Shown here piece by piece: positions 1 through 10,302 of a DNA stretch of 32,000 nucleotides. The position numbers were made by a program, and so were the translations under genes. The number at the start of each line of letters is the position of its first letter. The stretch's first letter is position 1. The DNA lies in NCBI RefSeq assembly GCF_000010065.1, contig NC_006576.1, positions 1,800,001 to 1,832,000 on the forward strand, given 5' to 3'. Below the pieces are notes generated by a model. That model was not told the DNA's origin, did not search any database, and saw nothing but the letters and a program-made list of their open reading frames with translations. The DNA comes from Synechococcus elongatus PCC 6301 (GTDB lineage: Bacteria > Cyanobacteriota > Cyanobacteriia > Synechococcales > Synechococcaceae).

Positions 1-1484
1 AGTTGGGCATCGAGCAGATCCTGCCGGAAGCACCCAACGCCGACAATACCCTCGAGAACTTCGTCCGCGATCGCGCCAGTAGCGGTGTTCAGCAAGTGCT
101 GCAGCACTTTAGCTTCACCAAGTCGGAGCGCGATGCAGCCTTAGATGAGGTTAAAGCCAGCGTCGTTGAAGCGATCGCTGCTCTGCCAGAAGAGGATCCG
201 GTTCGTAGCGTCACTGCCGCAGAACCCAAAGCGCTGGGCAACACCTTCAAAGCCCTGACCAAAACCTTGATGCGTCAGCAAATCCTGCGCGATGGTGTTC
301 GGGTCGATGGTCGGAAACTCGATCAGGTGCGGCCGATCTCCAGTCAGGTTGGCTTGCTGCCGCCGCGAGTCCATGGTTCTGGCCTGTTTCAGCGGGGTCT
401 GACGCAGGTGCTGTCGATCGCGACTCTCGGCACGCCTGGGGATGCGCAAGAACTGGATGATCTGCATCCCGACACCCAGAAGCGCTACCTGCATCACTAC
501 AACATGCCCCCCTATTCCGTTGGCGAAACGCGGCCGATGCGATCGCCCGGTCGGCGGGAAATTGGCCATGGCGCTTTGGCAGAGCGCGCGTTGCTTCCCG
601 TGTTGCCGTCCAAGGAAGAATTCCCCTACGTGATTCGGGTGGTTTCCGAGGTGCTGTCCTCCAACGGCTCCACCTCGATGGGCTCCGTCTGCGGCTCGAC
701 GCTGGCGCTGATGGATGCTGGCGTCCCCATCAAAAAGCCGGTCAGCGGCGCAGCCATGGGGCTGATCCGCGAAGGCGATGAGTACCGTGTCCTGACCGAC
801 ATCCAAGGGATTGAAGACTTCTTGGGTGACATGGACTTTAAGGTAGCGGGCACCGATCAGGGCATTACGGCTCTGCAGATGGATATGAAAATCCATGGTC
901 TGCCCTTAGAGATCATTGCGGATGCCATCAACCAGGCGAAGCCGGCGCGTTTGCACATCCTCAACAAGATGCTGGAAGCGATCGCCACGCCTCGGGCTGA
1001 CCTTTCGACCTATGCGCCCCGCCTGTTCCGGATTCAAATCAATCCTGAGCAAATTGGCTTGGTCATTGGTCCTGGTGGCAAAACAATCCGCTCTATCACT
1101 GAGCAAACTGGTGCCAAGATCGACATCGAAGATACGGGAGCCGTGACCATCTCGGCAGTCGATGCTGATTCGGCGCTGCGAGCGAAGTCGATCATCGAAG
1201 GCATGACCCGCACAATCACTGCCGGCGATGTCTACATCGGCAAAGTGACCCGCATCATCCCGATTGGAGCCTTTGTGGAGTTCCTGCCGGGCAAAGAAGG
1301 CATGATTCACATCTCGCAAATTGCCGATTATCGGGTGGCTCGTGTTGAAGATGAGCTGACGGTGGGCGATGAGGTCGTGGTCAAAGTCCGCGAGATTGAC
1401 CAAAAGGGTCGGGTTAACCTCACCCGTAAAGGGATTGATCCGGAGGAAGTCTCAGCAGCACGGGCGGCTGTCGAAGCGTCTTAG
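1..1484 (+). CDS. pnp: Polyribonucleotide nucleotidyltransferase (PNPase), 5' truncated by window edge
   Basis: Second RNase PH-like domain ([53 protein letters not shown]), KH domain ([12 protein letters not shown]) and S1 domain ([28 protein letters not shown]). Stop TAG at 1482-1484. Confidence 0.97.
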   Translation, partial: LGIEQILPEAPNADNTLENFVRDRASSGVQQVLQHFSFTKSERDAALDEVKASVVEAIAALPEEDPVRSVTAAEPKALGNTFKALTKTLMRQQILRDGVRVDGRKLDQVRPISSQVGLLPPRVHGSGLFQRGLTQVLSIATLGTPGDAQELDDLHPDTQKRYLHHYNMPPYSVGETRPMRSPGRREIGHGALAERALLPVLPSKEEFPYVIRVVSEVLSSNGSTSMGSVCGSTLALMDAGVPIKKPVSGAAMGLIREGDEYRVLTDIQGIEDFLGDMDFKVAGTDQGITALQMDMKIHGLPLEIIADAINQAKPARLHILNKMLEAIATPRADLSTYAPRLFRIQINPEQIGLVIGPGGKTIRSITEQTGAKIDIEDTGAVTISAVDADSALRAKSIIEGMTRTITAGDVYIGKVTRIIPIGAFVEFLPGKEGMIHISQIADYRVARVEDELTVGDEVVVKVREIDQKGRVNLTRKGIDPEEVSAARAAVEAS

Positions 1485-1537
1485 GTCCCTGAGGGCCACT
1501 CAGACTCCTTGAGCTGAGGCTCTTTCAAGCTTTCAGA

Positions 1538-1575
1538 TAACAAGCGGTAGGGGATTCGTCTCGTACCGCTTGTTA
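1538..1575 (+). terminator. Perfect 12-bp stem (TAACAAGCGGTA / TACCGCTTGTTA) downstream of pnp, 14-nt loop; candidate terminator or mRNA 3' end structure
   Basis: Arms at 1538-1549 and 1564-1575 are exact reverse complements; no clean T-tract follows on the + strand. Confidence 0.5.
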
Positions 1576-1697
1576 GTTCGAATTTTCGTGAGCTTTGGCT
1601 GAATCTAAGTCACTCAACCTCTGTCGGCAAAGACAGTGAGACCTGCAAGTTGCCGCGATCGCCCGTGCTGGATTGACCTCAATTACTCAGACCTATA

Positions 1698-1728
1698 AGA
1701 AAAAACCCAGCCCTACCAGGACCGGGTT
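1698..1728 (-). terminator. Rho-independent terminator for the crtR-like gene (minus strand)
   Basis: Minus strand reads AACCCGGTCCTGGTAGGGCTGGGTTTTTTC: 11-bp imperfect stem, 3-nt loop, then a T run. It lies just downstream of the minus-strand stop at 1757. Confidence 0.8.
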
Positions 1729-1756
1729 GAACGAGTCATCAATTCGGAGCGGTCAG

Positions 1757-2752
1757 CTACTTCGTCAAGGCTGGCTCACGAGAGTCTTCTGTGGCAGACA
1801 TCGGAGCTTTTGCGAGAACGGCTGATTCACTCGACTTCGTTTCAGGAACGACGGAGCTCTGCGGCTCAGCCTCGTGCGATTGGTGAATGCGGATGCCGAT
1901 GAAAACGTCGTAGATAAAGTTCCAGAAATCTTTTTTGCTGGAGAGAATCCCGAGCGTTTGCGGCGACTGGCGTAGGTCCAACAACGGCTTGGTAGCGTGG
2001 TAGGCCGGTCGGTAGAGATACCAGGGGATCGATGGCCAGAGGTGATGGATCAGGTGATAGTTCTGACCCATGATCAGGATGTTCATCACCTGACCGGGAT
2101 AGACCCGTGCATTGCGCCAGCGGTTGCGCTCTTGGAAGGGGCGGTGGGGTAAATAGTCGAAGAAGAGTCCTAGGGCAATGCCAACGACCAAGGCTGGAGC
2201 CAGCCAGTAGTTCATCAGGAAGCCCAGGAAGCCAAACTTGACGCCGCAGGCAAAGATGCCGATGACCACAGCGCGACTGAGGAACCATTCGAGTAATTCA
2301 AATTTCTTCCAAAGGCGGCGCTGGAAGAAATAGATCTCGTGATAGAAGAAGCGCGGTGCGATCAACCACAGCGGCCCAAAGGTGGAAACGATGTGGTCGG
2401 GATCGTTCTTGGGATCGTTGACGTGGGCGTGATGTTGCAGGTGAACCCGCGTAAACACCGGAAAAGTAAAGCCCAGCAATAGTGCACTGCCATGTCCCAA
2501 AATCGCATTCAGAATGCGACTGGCGTGAGCCACATTATGAGAGGCATCGTGAATGACGGTGCCTACCAAATGTAAGGCTGTGACACTCAGAAGGAAAGAT
2601 AGCCAGTGGGGCCAACTCCAGCACCAGTACCCCAAAACTGAGAGCGCCGCGCAGGTATAACCTGCCAAGAAGAGTGCGACGGTGGGGTTGAAGCCTCCTG
2701 GAGCACCAAGAAACTTCTTCGGTACTGTCAGGGGCGTTTGAGCCTCTGACAT
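1757..2752 (-). CDS. crtR: Beta-carotene hydroxylase / membrane fatty-acid desaturase family, CrtR-like
   Basis: 331 aa, hydrophobic segments, desaturase histidine boxes (HDASHN, HLQHH, HLIHHLWPSIPWY). Confidence 0.85.
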   Translation of the reverse strand: MSEAQTPLTVPKKFLGAPGGFNPTVALFLAGYTCAALSVLGYWCWSWPHWLSFLLSVTALHLVGTVIHDASHNVAHASRILNAILGHGSALLLGFTFPVFTRVHLQHHAHVNDPKNDPDHIVSTFGPLWLIAPRFFYHEIYFFQRRLWKKFELLEWFLSRAVVIGIFACGVKFGFLGFLMNYWLAPALVVGIALGLFFDYLPHRPFQERNRWRNARVYPGQVMNILIMGQNYHLIHHLWPSIPWYLYRPAYHATKPLLDLRQSPQTLGILSSKKDFWNFIYDVFIGIRIHQSHEAEPQSSVVPETKSSESAVLAKAPMSATEDSREPALTK

Positions 2753-2970
2753 GCCTGCCAGACTCCGTTGAATGGTTCTCGCGTAGTATACGACACCGCT
2801 TTTGAAAGGTGAAATTTTATGAAGCCTTTCTCAGGATTGGTACGGATGGTGAATCCAGCACGCCAGTGTCAATTAATACGTTAGCCAGAGAATAACTAGT
2901 TCAGTCAAGAAGTCAATCGCTTTGGGCGCAATCGCTAGAAGAATCTATCAGTTTTGAGCAATTTTGAGGA

Positions 2971-3052
2971 TGCGGACGAAAGGACTTGAACCTTCACACC
3001 TTGCGGTACCAGAACCTAAATCTGGCGCGTCTGCCAATTCCGCCACGTCCGC
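2971..3052 (-). tRNA. tRNA-Leu (anticodon UAG)
   Basis: Minus strand GCGGACGTGGCGGAATTGGCAGACGCGCCAGATTTAGGTTCTGGTACCGCAAGGTGTGAAGGTTCAAGTCCTTTCGTCCGCA: 7-bp acceptor GCGGACG/CGTCCGC, anticodon stem CCAGA/TCTGG with loop TTTAGGT, class II variable arm, T arm with TTCAAGT. CCA is not encoded. Confidence 0.96.
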
Positions 3053-3154
3053 GAACCGGAGGCTATCCTAGCACGAGGCCAGAGCGATCGCTGTGACCAG
3101 CGAATTTCCATCTGTCCCTGACAATAGGTTGCAGACTCGCAGGAGAGGAAGACG

Positions 3155-4588
3155 ATGCTGGCGCTGCTACTGGCGATCGCGGTGGCGATCGCAGCTCTGG
3201 GACTGTTTTTGGCTGCAGTGCTCTTGCCGCCCTTGACCCGTCGCAGTGACTTGATTTGGAGCGGCGTTGCGGGTCTGTACGCCCTGATCCTCTGGAATGC
3301 TCACAGCCAATTTCGCGGGGCGCTGTTGCTGAGTCAAATTGCCGCGATCGCACTCTTGGGGTGGTTGGGTCAGCAAGCGATCCAAAGCCGCTGGTTGGCA
3401 CTCAGTCCTGAAGATCAAGCGGCTTGGCAACAGGGCTTACTCTGGCAGCAAGGTTGGCAGCGTTTTCAGAAATTAGATTGGAAAGCGGTTTGGTCCACAC
3501 CCAGCCGTGAAACCTCAGCCAGTTCGGGCCCTGGGCTGCTTGGTGGACTGCGCAATCGTCTTCAAGGCCGTAAGACTCACGGCAAAAAATTTGTCCGCCC
3601 TGAAGAGTCAACTCCGGCTGCTCCTGTCACTGAGGAAGCCGTTGCAGAACTGCAAGAACCAGTTGTCACCGAACCTGCAGAGCAAACAGAAGTCGCGATC
3701 GCAGCGGCCACGACCCAACAAGCCATTGCTGAAGTCGTAACGGAAGCTGTCGAGACGGTAACGGATCAAGTGGAATCAGCGATCGCAGCGGTCACTGAAC
3801 CAGTTGTGGATGCCGCGACTGACCTGACCGAGGGAGTCGAGGAAACTATCGCTGAAGTTAGCGAAGTCGCTGAAACGGTCACCGAATCAGTCACAGAAGT
3901 GGTAGAGCCAGTTGCAGACACGGCGATCGAAGAAACTTCTGTTGCTGTGGAATCTGTTGAAACAGCAGTTACAGAGACGATCGAGCAGTCCACTGAGGTT
4001 GTTGAAGACTTCGTTGAAGCACAAGCTGCTGAGGCAGTGGTCGAAGTGGCAGTAGAAGAATCGGTAGAGGCCAGTGAACCTGCGCTAGAAGTCACGACTG
4101 AAGTTGTTGAGACTGAACCGGCAGCGATCGCAACCCCTGAAGTCTCAGACCAGCTAGAGGTCGATCGCGAGGAAGTCACCGAAGCGGTTGCGGATGTAGA
4201 AGCTCCAGTCGCAACAGCGAGCGCCCCTGAGGCAGAAGCGGCGACGGCAGAGAGCTCTCTCAGCCCAGTCGAAGCGATTGTCGAAACGGCAGAGGCAGCC
4301 GAGATCGCGTCTGAGAGGGCAGACGGTCCTGAATCAGAGCCCACACCTGAGGCGGTGACGGAAGCTGAGTCCGAAGCGATCGTTGTAGTTGAGGACAGTC
4401 CTGCTGCTGAACGGGAGGAAGAGGCGATCGCGCCGGATGTGGTCAAGCCTGATGTGGAAGCCGTTGCGATCGTTGTGGATCCTGAGGTGTCTGCTACACC
4501 TGTGGAATTGCAGCCGGTGATTATCGGCAGTCTGGATGAATTGCGCAATCCTGACCCTGATCTAGCCGAACGTTTGGGCTTGTCTTAG
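3155..4588 (+). CDS. Ycf66-family protein with long acidic Glu/Val/Ala/Thr-rich C-terminal extension
   Basis: N-terminal two-helix membrane region (MLALLLAIAVAIAALGLFLAAV...LIWSGVAGLYALILWNAHSQFRGALLLSQIAAIALLGWLG) typical of Ycf66; AGGAG-type RBS upstream of the ATG. Confidence 0.7.
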   Translation: MLALLLAIAVAIAALGLFLAAVLLPPLTRRSDLIWSGVAGLYALILWNAHSQFRGALLLSQIAAIALLGWLGQQAIQSRWLALSPEDQAAWQQGLLWQQGWQRFQKLDWKAVWSTPSRETSASSGPGLLGGLRNRLQGRKTHGKKFVRPEESTPAAPVTEEAVAELQEPVVTEPAEQTEVAIAAATTQQAIAEVVTEAVETVTDQVESAIAAVTEPVVDAATDLTEGVEETIAEVSEVAETVTESVTEVVEPVADTAIEETSVAVESVETAVTETIEQSTEVVEDFVEAQAAEAVVEVAVEESVEASEPALEVTTEVVETEPAAIATPEVSDQLEVDREEVTEAVADVEAPVATASAPEAEAATAESSLSPVEAIVETAEAAEIASERADGPESEPTPEAVTEAESEAIVVVEDSPAAEREEEAIAPDVVKPDVEAVAIVVDPEVSATPVELQPVIIGSLDELRNPDPDLAERLGLS

Positions 4589-4659
4589 TGCCCTCAGTTG
4601 AAGCGCTAGGAGTCTGTCAAGGATAATGGGATGACTGCCCGTCGACCCCGGATTCCAGC

Positions 4660-7524
4660 GTGGCTGAAGTTTCTGCCTACAAAGACACCCTCAATCTGCT
4701 CCAAACACCGTTCAACATGCGCGCCAACGCGCCGGTGCGGGAGCCAGAAATTCAGCAGTTCTGGGCCGATCGGCAGATTTACGAAACCCTGTCTCGACAG
4801 AATCCGGGCGCACCGTTTGTGCTGCACGATGGCCCGCCCTACGCCAACGGGGCGCTGCACATGGGACACGCCCTCAACAAAACCCTGAAGGACATCATCA
4901 ACAAGTACCAACTGCTACAAGGGCGGAAGGTGCGCTACGTGCCGGGTTGGGACTGCCACGGCCTGCCGATCGAGCTGAAAGTCTTGCAGGAGCTGTCTTC
5001 GGAGGAGCGTCGCAATCTCACACCTTTGACGCTGCGGCAAAAGGCTAAGGCCTACGCCTTGGCGCAAGTGGAGCAACAAAGCCAAAGTTTTCAGCGCTAC
5101 GGCGTTTGGGCCGATTGGGATGCGCCCTATTTGACGCTGACGCCGGAATACGAAGCGGCACAAATTGATGTCTTTGGACAGATGGTCCTGAAGGGCTACA
5201 TCTATCGCGGCCTCAAGCCCGTCCATTGGAGCCCCAGTTCACGCACGGCGCTGGCGGAAGCTGAGCTGGAATATCCAGACGGCCACACCTCGCGCAGCAT
5301 CTACGTGGCGATGCCGATCGTGCAGCTCTCAGAAGCGGCGCAGCCGTTGCTGGGGAATTACGCCAATCTGGCGCTGGCGATCTGGACGACGACACCTTGG
5401 ACAATTCCGGCCAACCTCGCCGTGGCGGTCAATGGTGAGCTGACCTACGCGGTGGTGCAAGCGGGCGATTGCCATTTGATTGTGGCTGCGGAACTGGCGG
5501 AGAGTCTGAGCAAGACCTTTGCCACCGAGCTAACTGTTCTGGCGACCTTCCCGGGATCGGTTCTGGAACATAGCCGCTATCGCCACCCGCTCTACGATCG
5601 CGAAAGTCCCGTGGTGATTGGCGGCGACTACATCACGACCGAATCCGGTACCGGCTTGGTACATACGGCACCCGGCCATGGTCAGGATGACTTTATCGTC
5701 GGCAACCGTTACGGGCTGGAGGTCTTCTGCCCTGTTGATGACAAGGGCGACTTTACGGCGGCTGTGGGCGATCGCCTCGTGGGCAAAAATGTCCTCAAGG
5801 ATGCCAATGCAGCGGTCATCGAGTGGCTGACCGAAGTCGGCGCGCTGCTGAAGGAAGAGAGCTACGCCCACCGCTATCCCTACGATTGGCGCACCAAAAA
5901 GCCGACGATTTTCCGTGCGACCGAGCAGTGGTTTGCCTCGGTGGAAGGCTTCCGCGAGCAGGCTCTGCAGGCGATCGCTGAAGTGGACTGGATTCCGGCG
6001 CAGGGCGAAAACCGAATCACCTCAATGGTCAGTGAGCGTAGTGATTGGTGCATCTCGCGGCAGCGGACCTGGGGTGTGCCGATTCCTGTTTTCTACGATG
6101 AAGAAAGCGGCGAAGCACTGCTGAATGCCGAGACAATCGCCCATGTGCGCGCGATCGTGGCAGAACGCGGCTCCGATGCTTGGTGGGAACTCGACGTTGC
6201 TGACCTGCTGCCTGAGCCCTACCGCAGCAATGGCCGGCGCTATCGCAAAGGCACCGACACAATGGATGTCTGGTTTGACTCCGGTTCCTCGTGGGCGGCG
6301 GTTGCCTCGCAGCGCGAAGGCTTGCACTACCCTGCCGATCTCTATCTGGAAGGATCGGATCAGCATCGCGGCTGGTTCCAATCCAGTCTGCTGACCAGCG
6401 TGGCTTGCAACGGCCATGCGCCCTATCGGCGCGTCTTGACCCATGGCTTCGCGCTGGATGAAAAGGGTCGGAAGATGAGCAAATCGCTGGGCAATGTGGT
6501 TGACCCTGCGATCGTAATTAACGGTGGCAAGGATCAAAAACAGGAGCCGCCCTACGGTGCTGATGTGTTGCGTCTTTGGGTGTCATCGGTTGACTATTCC
6601 TCCGATGTGCCGATTGGCAAAAACATCCTCAAGCAGATGGCGGATGTCTACCGTAAGATTCGCAATACGGCACGATTCTTGTTAGGTAATCTGCACGACT
6701 TTGATCCGGCTAAAGATGCGCTGCCTTGGGAAAAACTACCGGAACTCGATCGCTATCTCCTGCATCGACTGCGCGAAGTTATTCTTGAAATTCAAGATGC
6801 TTTTGAGAGCTTCCAGTTTTTCCGATTCTTCCAGACGGTTCAGAACTTCTGTGTCGTTGATCTGTCTAACTTCTATTTAGACATCGGCAAGGATCGCCTC
6901 TACATCAGTGCGCCGGATAGTCTGCGGCGGCGCAGTTGCCAAACGGTACTGGCAATTTGTGTGGAAGCGTTAGCGACTGCGATCGCGCCTGTGCTCTCGC
7001 ACATGGCCGAGGACATTTGGCAAAGCTTGCCCTATCCAGCTCGGACAAAATCAGTTTTCCAAGCCGGTTGGGTTCAGCTTCAGGATGACTGGAATCAACC
7101 AGAACTTGCGGCCAAGTGGCAACAACTGCGCGACCTGCGGAGTGAAGTCAACAAGGTGTTGGAGCAAGCCCGACGCGATCAGGCGATCGGATCTTCCCTA
7201 GAAGCGAAACTCCAGCTGTGGGTGGCAGATTCGGATTGGCGGGCTGCCTTGGCCGATCGCAATCCGGCTGACAGTCTCTCGGGAACGGCGGTCGATGATC
7301 TGCGCTATCTCTTCTTGGTATCGCAAGTGGAATTGCGTGATCAACCCACGGGCTTAACCGAGGCGAAGTATCACGCTCAGACGGAAGATTGGGCGATCGC
7401 GGTGGTTGATGCCGAAGGGCAAAAATGCGATCGCTGCTGGAACTATTCGACCACTGTTGGCCAGAGTTCTGAGCATCCCGATCTTTGCGATCGCTGTGTC
7501 TCGGCACTGCAAGGCACGTTCTAG
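4660..7524 (+). CDS. ileS: Isoleucyl-tRNA synthetase
   Basis: HIGH-type motif (PPYANGALHMGHALNK), KMSKS motif (DEKGRKMSKSLGNVV), editing domain, C-terminal zinc finger CDRCWNYS...CDRC. Confidence 0.98.
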   Translation: MAEVSAYKDTLNLLQTPFNMRANAPVREPEIQQFWADRQIYETLSRQNPGAPFVLHDGPPYANGALHMGHALNKTLKDIINKYQLLQGRKVRYVPGWDCHGLPIELKVLQELSSEERRNLTPLTLRQKAKAYALAQVEQQSQSFQRYGVWADWDAPYLTLTPEYEAAQIDVFGQMVLKGYIYRGLKPVHWSPSSRTALAEAELEYPDGHTSRSIYVAMPIVQLSEAAQPLLGNYANLALAIWTTTPWTIPANLAVAVNGELTYAVVQAGDCHLIVAAELAESLSKTFATELTVLATFPGSVLEHSRYRHPLYDRESPVVIGGDYITTESGTGLVHTAPGHGQDDFIVGNRYGLEVFCPVDDKGDFTAAVGDRLVGKNVLKDANAAVIEWLTEVGALLKEESYAHRYPYDWRTKKPTIFRATEQWFASVEGFREQALQAIAEVDWIPAQGENRITSMVSERSDWCISRQRTWGVPIPVFYDEESGEALLNAETIAHVRAIVAERGSDAWWELDVADLLPEPYRSNGRRYRKGTDTMDVWFDSGSSWAAVASQREGLHYPADLYLEGSDQHRGWFQSSLLTSVACNGHAPYRRVLTHGFALDEKGRKMSKSLGNVVDPAIVINGGKDQKQEPPYGADVLRLWVSSVDYSSDVPIGKNILKQMADVYRKIRNTARFLLGNLHDFDPAKDALPWEKLPELDRYLLHRLREVILEIQDAFESFQFFRFFQTVQNFCVVDLSNFYLDIGKDRLYISAPDSLRRRSCQTVLAICVEALATAIAPVLSHMAEDIWQSLPYPARTKSVFQAGWVQLQDDWNQPELAAKWQQLRDLRSEVNKVLEQARRDQAIGSSLEAKLQLWVADSDWRAALADRNPADSLSGTAVDDLRYLFLVSQVELRDQPTGLTEAKYHAQTEDWAIAVVDAEGQKCDRCWNYSTTVGQSSEHPDLCDRCVSALQGTF

Positions 7525-7582
7525 CGATCACGATTCTGAAGTTAGATCAGCAGCTTAAAAGTTCTGGGAGAGTCGAGTCACG

Positions 7583-8179
7583 ATGAAACGGCTGTTAGTT
7601 TTGGGGCTGCTGATCGCCAGCTTTTGGTTCCCGAATACCGCTGCATGGGCTGCCACTGCAGAAGCCATTTTTGCCGGTGGTTGCTTCTGGTGTGTCGAGG
7701 CTGATTTCGACAAAGTTACTGGTGTCACTGAAACGATTTCGGGCTACAGCGGCGGCACTGTAAAAAAACCGACTTATAAACAGGTTTCTGCAGGTAAAAC
7801 GGGGCATTACGAGTCGGTCAAAATCATCTACGATCCCGATCAAGTCAGCTATGACCAGCTTGTCAGTTACTTCCTGCAACACATCGATCCGCTCGATGGT
7901 GGCGGTCAATTCTGCGATCGCGGCGATCAATATCGATCGGCAATTTTCGTGACACCAGAGCAACAGCCGATTGCGGAAGCTGCGATCGCAGCCGCAGCTC
8001 AAGAACTTGGCCAACCGATTCAAACGAAAATCCAACCAGCGAAAGAATTCTGGGAAGCTGAGAACTATCACCAGAACTACTATCAAAAACAAGCTCTGCT
8101 CTATAAATACTATCGAGCCCGCTGCGGTCGCGATGCCCAAATCGCCAAGGTTTGGGGCGAGTATGAGCAACAATCCTAA
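7583..8179 (+). CDS. msrA: Peptide-methionine (S)-S-oxide reductase MsrA with N-terminal signal peptide
   Basis: Catalytic GGCFWCVEADF, GYSGG, GHYESVKIIYDP, QYRSAIF, EFWEAENYHQNYY. N-terminus MKRLLVLGLLIASFWFPNTAAWA looks like a signal sequence. Confidence 0.95.
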   Translation: MKRLLVLGLLIASFWFPNTAAWAATAEAIFAGGCFWCVEADFDKVTGVTETISGYSGGTVKKPTYKQVSAGKTGHYESVKIIYDPDQVSYDQLVSYFLQHIDPLDGGGQFCDRGDQYRSAIFVTPEQQPIAEAAIAAAAQELGQPIQTKIQPAKEFWEAENYHQNYYQKQALLYKYYRARCGRDAQIAKVWGEYEQQS

Positions 8180-8222
8180 GGACAGCCCTGTAGACGTAGC
8201 GATCGCTCTAATCAGTCAGAGA

Positions 8223-8843
8223 TCAGGCGATCGCGCGAAAACAAACCGAGAGATTATTGCTAGGCATTTCGACAATGCGATCGAGACGAAATTGCTCAGC
8301 TTCAGCAACAGCAGTCACATCCTCAAGATTACGCGCACCCCAAGCTGGATTGCGAGCTTGTAAGGAAGCATCAAAAGCTTCATTACTCGGTGCCGTATGT
8401 TGACCGCCCCGCTTGTAAGCGCCGTAGAGATAGATCAAGCCGTCGACTGAAAGTAATTGCTTTGCACCGGCAAATAACCCCAGCGTGGCTTCCCACGGCG
8501 AGATGTGGATCAGATTAATGGCCGCGATCGCGACAACTGGCTGCGGGAATTCAGGCACAGATTCAACCCAGTCAGACCGAGTGACATCGATCGCGATCGC
8601 CTCACCCAAGTTAGGAGCATTGACGTGCGATCGCCAAGCAGCAATGCTGCGACGACTTTCCTCGTTGGGATCGCTGGGTTGCCAAAAATAATCCGGCAAT
8701 TGCGGTGCAAAATAAGCCCCATGCTCACCCGTCCCGCTGGCAATCTCTAAAACCGTACCGGGCGATCGCAACTCATCCTTCAAGACAGCAAGAATCGCAT
8801 CCCGATTCCGTTCGGTTGCGGGCGCATAGAGGCGATCGTCCAC
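8223..8843 (-). CDS. DUF938-type SAM-dependent methyltransferase family protein
   Basis: Begins MDDRLYAPATERNRDAILAVL...TVLEIASGTGEHGAYFA, PSDPNEESRRSI, NLIHISPWEAT, typical of the DUF938 family. Confidence 0.85.
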   Translation of the reverse strand: MDDRLYAPATERNRDAILAVLKDELRSPGTVLEIASGTGEHGAYFAPQLPDYFWQPSDPNEESRRSIAAWRSHVNAPNLGEAIAIDVTRSDWVESVPEFPQPVVAIAAINLIHISPWEATLGLFAGAKQLLSVDGLIYLYGAYKRGGQHTAPSNEAFDASLQARNPAWGARNLEDVTAVAEAEQFRLDRIVEMPSNNLSVCFRAIA

Positions 8844-8846
8844 GCT

Positions 8847-9365
8847 CTAGACCCGCGCTTCCAAAGCTTTGAGAAACTCCGTGTTGACGCCGGATTCACG
8901 GGTCAGTGCCACCTTGCCGGTGCGTGAAATTTCCCGGATGCCGAAGCGTTGCAGCACCTGCACGATCGCGACCATCTTGCCGGGGTCGCCCACAACTTCA
9001 ACGATCAGTGAGTCTTCAGCCACATCGACAACGCGGGCGCGGAAGATTTGCACCAGCTCCAAAATTTCCGAGCGATTGCTGCTGTTGGCATTGACCTTAA
9101 TCAGCATCAGCTCGCGTTCAACACAGGGCACTTCCGAAATGTCCTGAACCTTGAGCACGTTGATCAGCTTGTAGAGCTGCTTGGTGATTTGCTCAATTTC
9201 GCGATCGTCGCCCTGTACCACCATCGTGATCCGCGAGATGCCGACCTGCTCAGCGGGGCCGACGGCCAGACTTTCGATGTTGAAGCTCCGACGGGCAAAT
9301 AACCCGGCAATGCGAGTCAGGACGCCCGCTTCGTCTTCAACCAACACTGAGAGGGTGCGCTTCAT
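8847..9365 (-). CDS. ilvH: Acetolactate synthase small (regulatory) subunit
   Basis: [42 protein letters not shown] domain. I prefer the internal Met at 9365 over the ORF start at 9380. Often named ilvN in cyanobacteria. Confidence 0.95.
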   Translation of the reverse strand: MKRTLSVLVEDEAGVLTRIAGLFARRSFNIESLAVGPAEQVGISRITMVVQGDDREIEQITKQLYKLINVLKVQDISEVPCVERELMLIKVNANSSNRSEILELVQIFRARVVDVAEDSLIVEVVGDPGKMVAIVQVLQRFGIREISRTGKVALTRESGVNTEFLKALEARV

Positions 9366-9381
9366 GGGGACAGGCAGCAAG

Positions 9382-10302
9382 CTAAGCCTTGATCTTAACG
9401 TCGCCTGGGTCGTGCTGCGATAACCAATTGTTGAGGCTTTGATTGACGAAAGCCGGTCGATCGTCGTGGGGACAATGGCCTGTGGCAGGCATTGGCAACC
9501 AATCCAGTTGGGGATTGAGCTGCTGACAACGCTTCGCCAAACTGAAGGGCACGAGGCGATCGCTCTCCCCCCAGATCAACAAAATCGGCTGACTCAACTG
9601 CGGCAAGACGCGATCGGCCCGCCAGTCGCGGGGAACTTCTGCATTGAAGCGAGTCATCGCCCGCAAGGCTGGGCCTGCCTCCTCCGATCGCGCTGGACGG
9701 GCAATCAGATCGAGTAAATCTGCATCAATGCGATCGCGATCGCTGTAGGCCAACGCCAACCAAGGTTTGAGTCGTTTGGGCGATCGCAACCAGAGCAGCA
9801 AAGGCTCGATCAGCCAGGGTGGGGTCAGTGCCCAGAGCAGTGCTTGCCGGAGGCTCTTGAAGCGATCGTGAGCAGCAGGCGATCGCAGCAGGCTGGTATC
9901 TGGCAGATTCAGCAGAATTAAGCCATGAACTTGCTCGGGAAAGCGATGCGCCGTCACCATCGCCACTACGGAACCGAGAGAATTGCCGATTAAAACAGCG
10001 GCGCTGCCCACAAACTGCTGGCAAAAATCCCGCACCAGCTCCGACCAGAAAGCAGGGCCGTAGTGCAAATAGCCCTTTTCGGAGTCCCCAAAGCCGACCA
10101 GATCGATCGCGTAGACGTCGCGCTCCTCTGCCAGCGCTGGAATGTTGTCACGCCAGTGCCGCCAACCCGCTCCAAAGCCGTGCAGGAAAATCACGGGTAC
10201 CGCGCCCGTTGGCTGGGGCGATCGCCGGAAAGCATAGCGAACCCGTAAGCCCCGCCAGATCCAGTCTTGGCTAGTCGCCACCGTCAGCGATCGCAAACTC
10301 AT
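9382..10302 (-). CDS. Alpha/beta hydrolase
   Basis: [10 protein letters not shown] oxyanion region, nucleophile elbow GNSLGS, late catalytic His region ([10 protein letters not shown]). Confidence 0.9.
   Translation of the reverse strand: MSLRSLTVATSQDWIWRGLRVRYAFRRSPQPTGAVPVIFLHGFGAGWRHWRDNIPALAEERDVYAIDLVGFGDSEKGYLHYGPAFWSELVRDFCQQFVGSAAVLIGNSLGSVVAMVTAHRFPEQVHGLILLNLPDTSLLRSPAAHDRFKSLRQALLWALTPPWLIEPLLLWLRSPKRLKPWLALAYSDRDRIDADLLDLIARPARSEEAGPALRAMTRFNAEVPRDWRADRVLPQLSQPILLIWGESDRLVPFSLAKRCQQLNPQLDWLPMPATGHCPHDDRPAFVNQSLNNWLSQHDPGDVKIKA

Noticed and set aside
141-896. 251-aa minus-strand ORF inside pnp
   Set aside because: Antisense to a strongly supported PNPase coding frame; composition shows no recognisable domain and is typical of a shadow ORF in high-GC codon-biased genes.
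3766-4548. 260-aa Ser/Thr-rich minus-strand ORF (looks mucin-like)
   Set aside because: It is the exact antisense shadow of the Glu/Val/Ala-rich repeat tail of the Ycf66-like gene; GAA/GTT/GCT-type codons read backwards give Ser/Thr. No independent start or RBS support.
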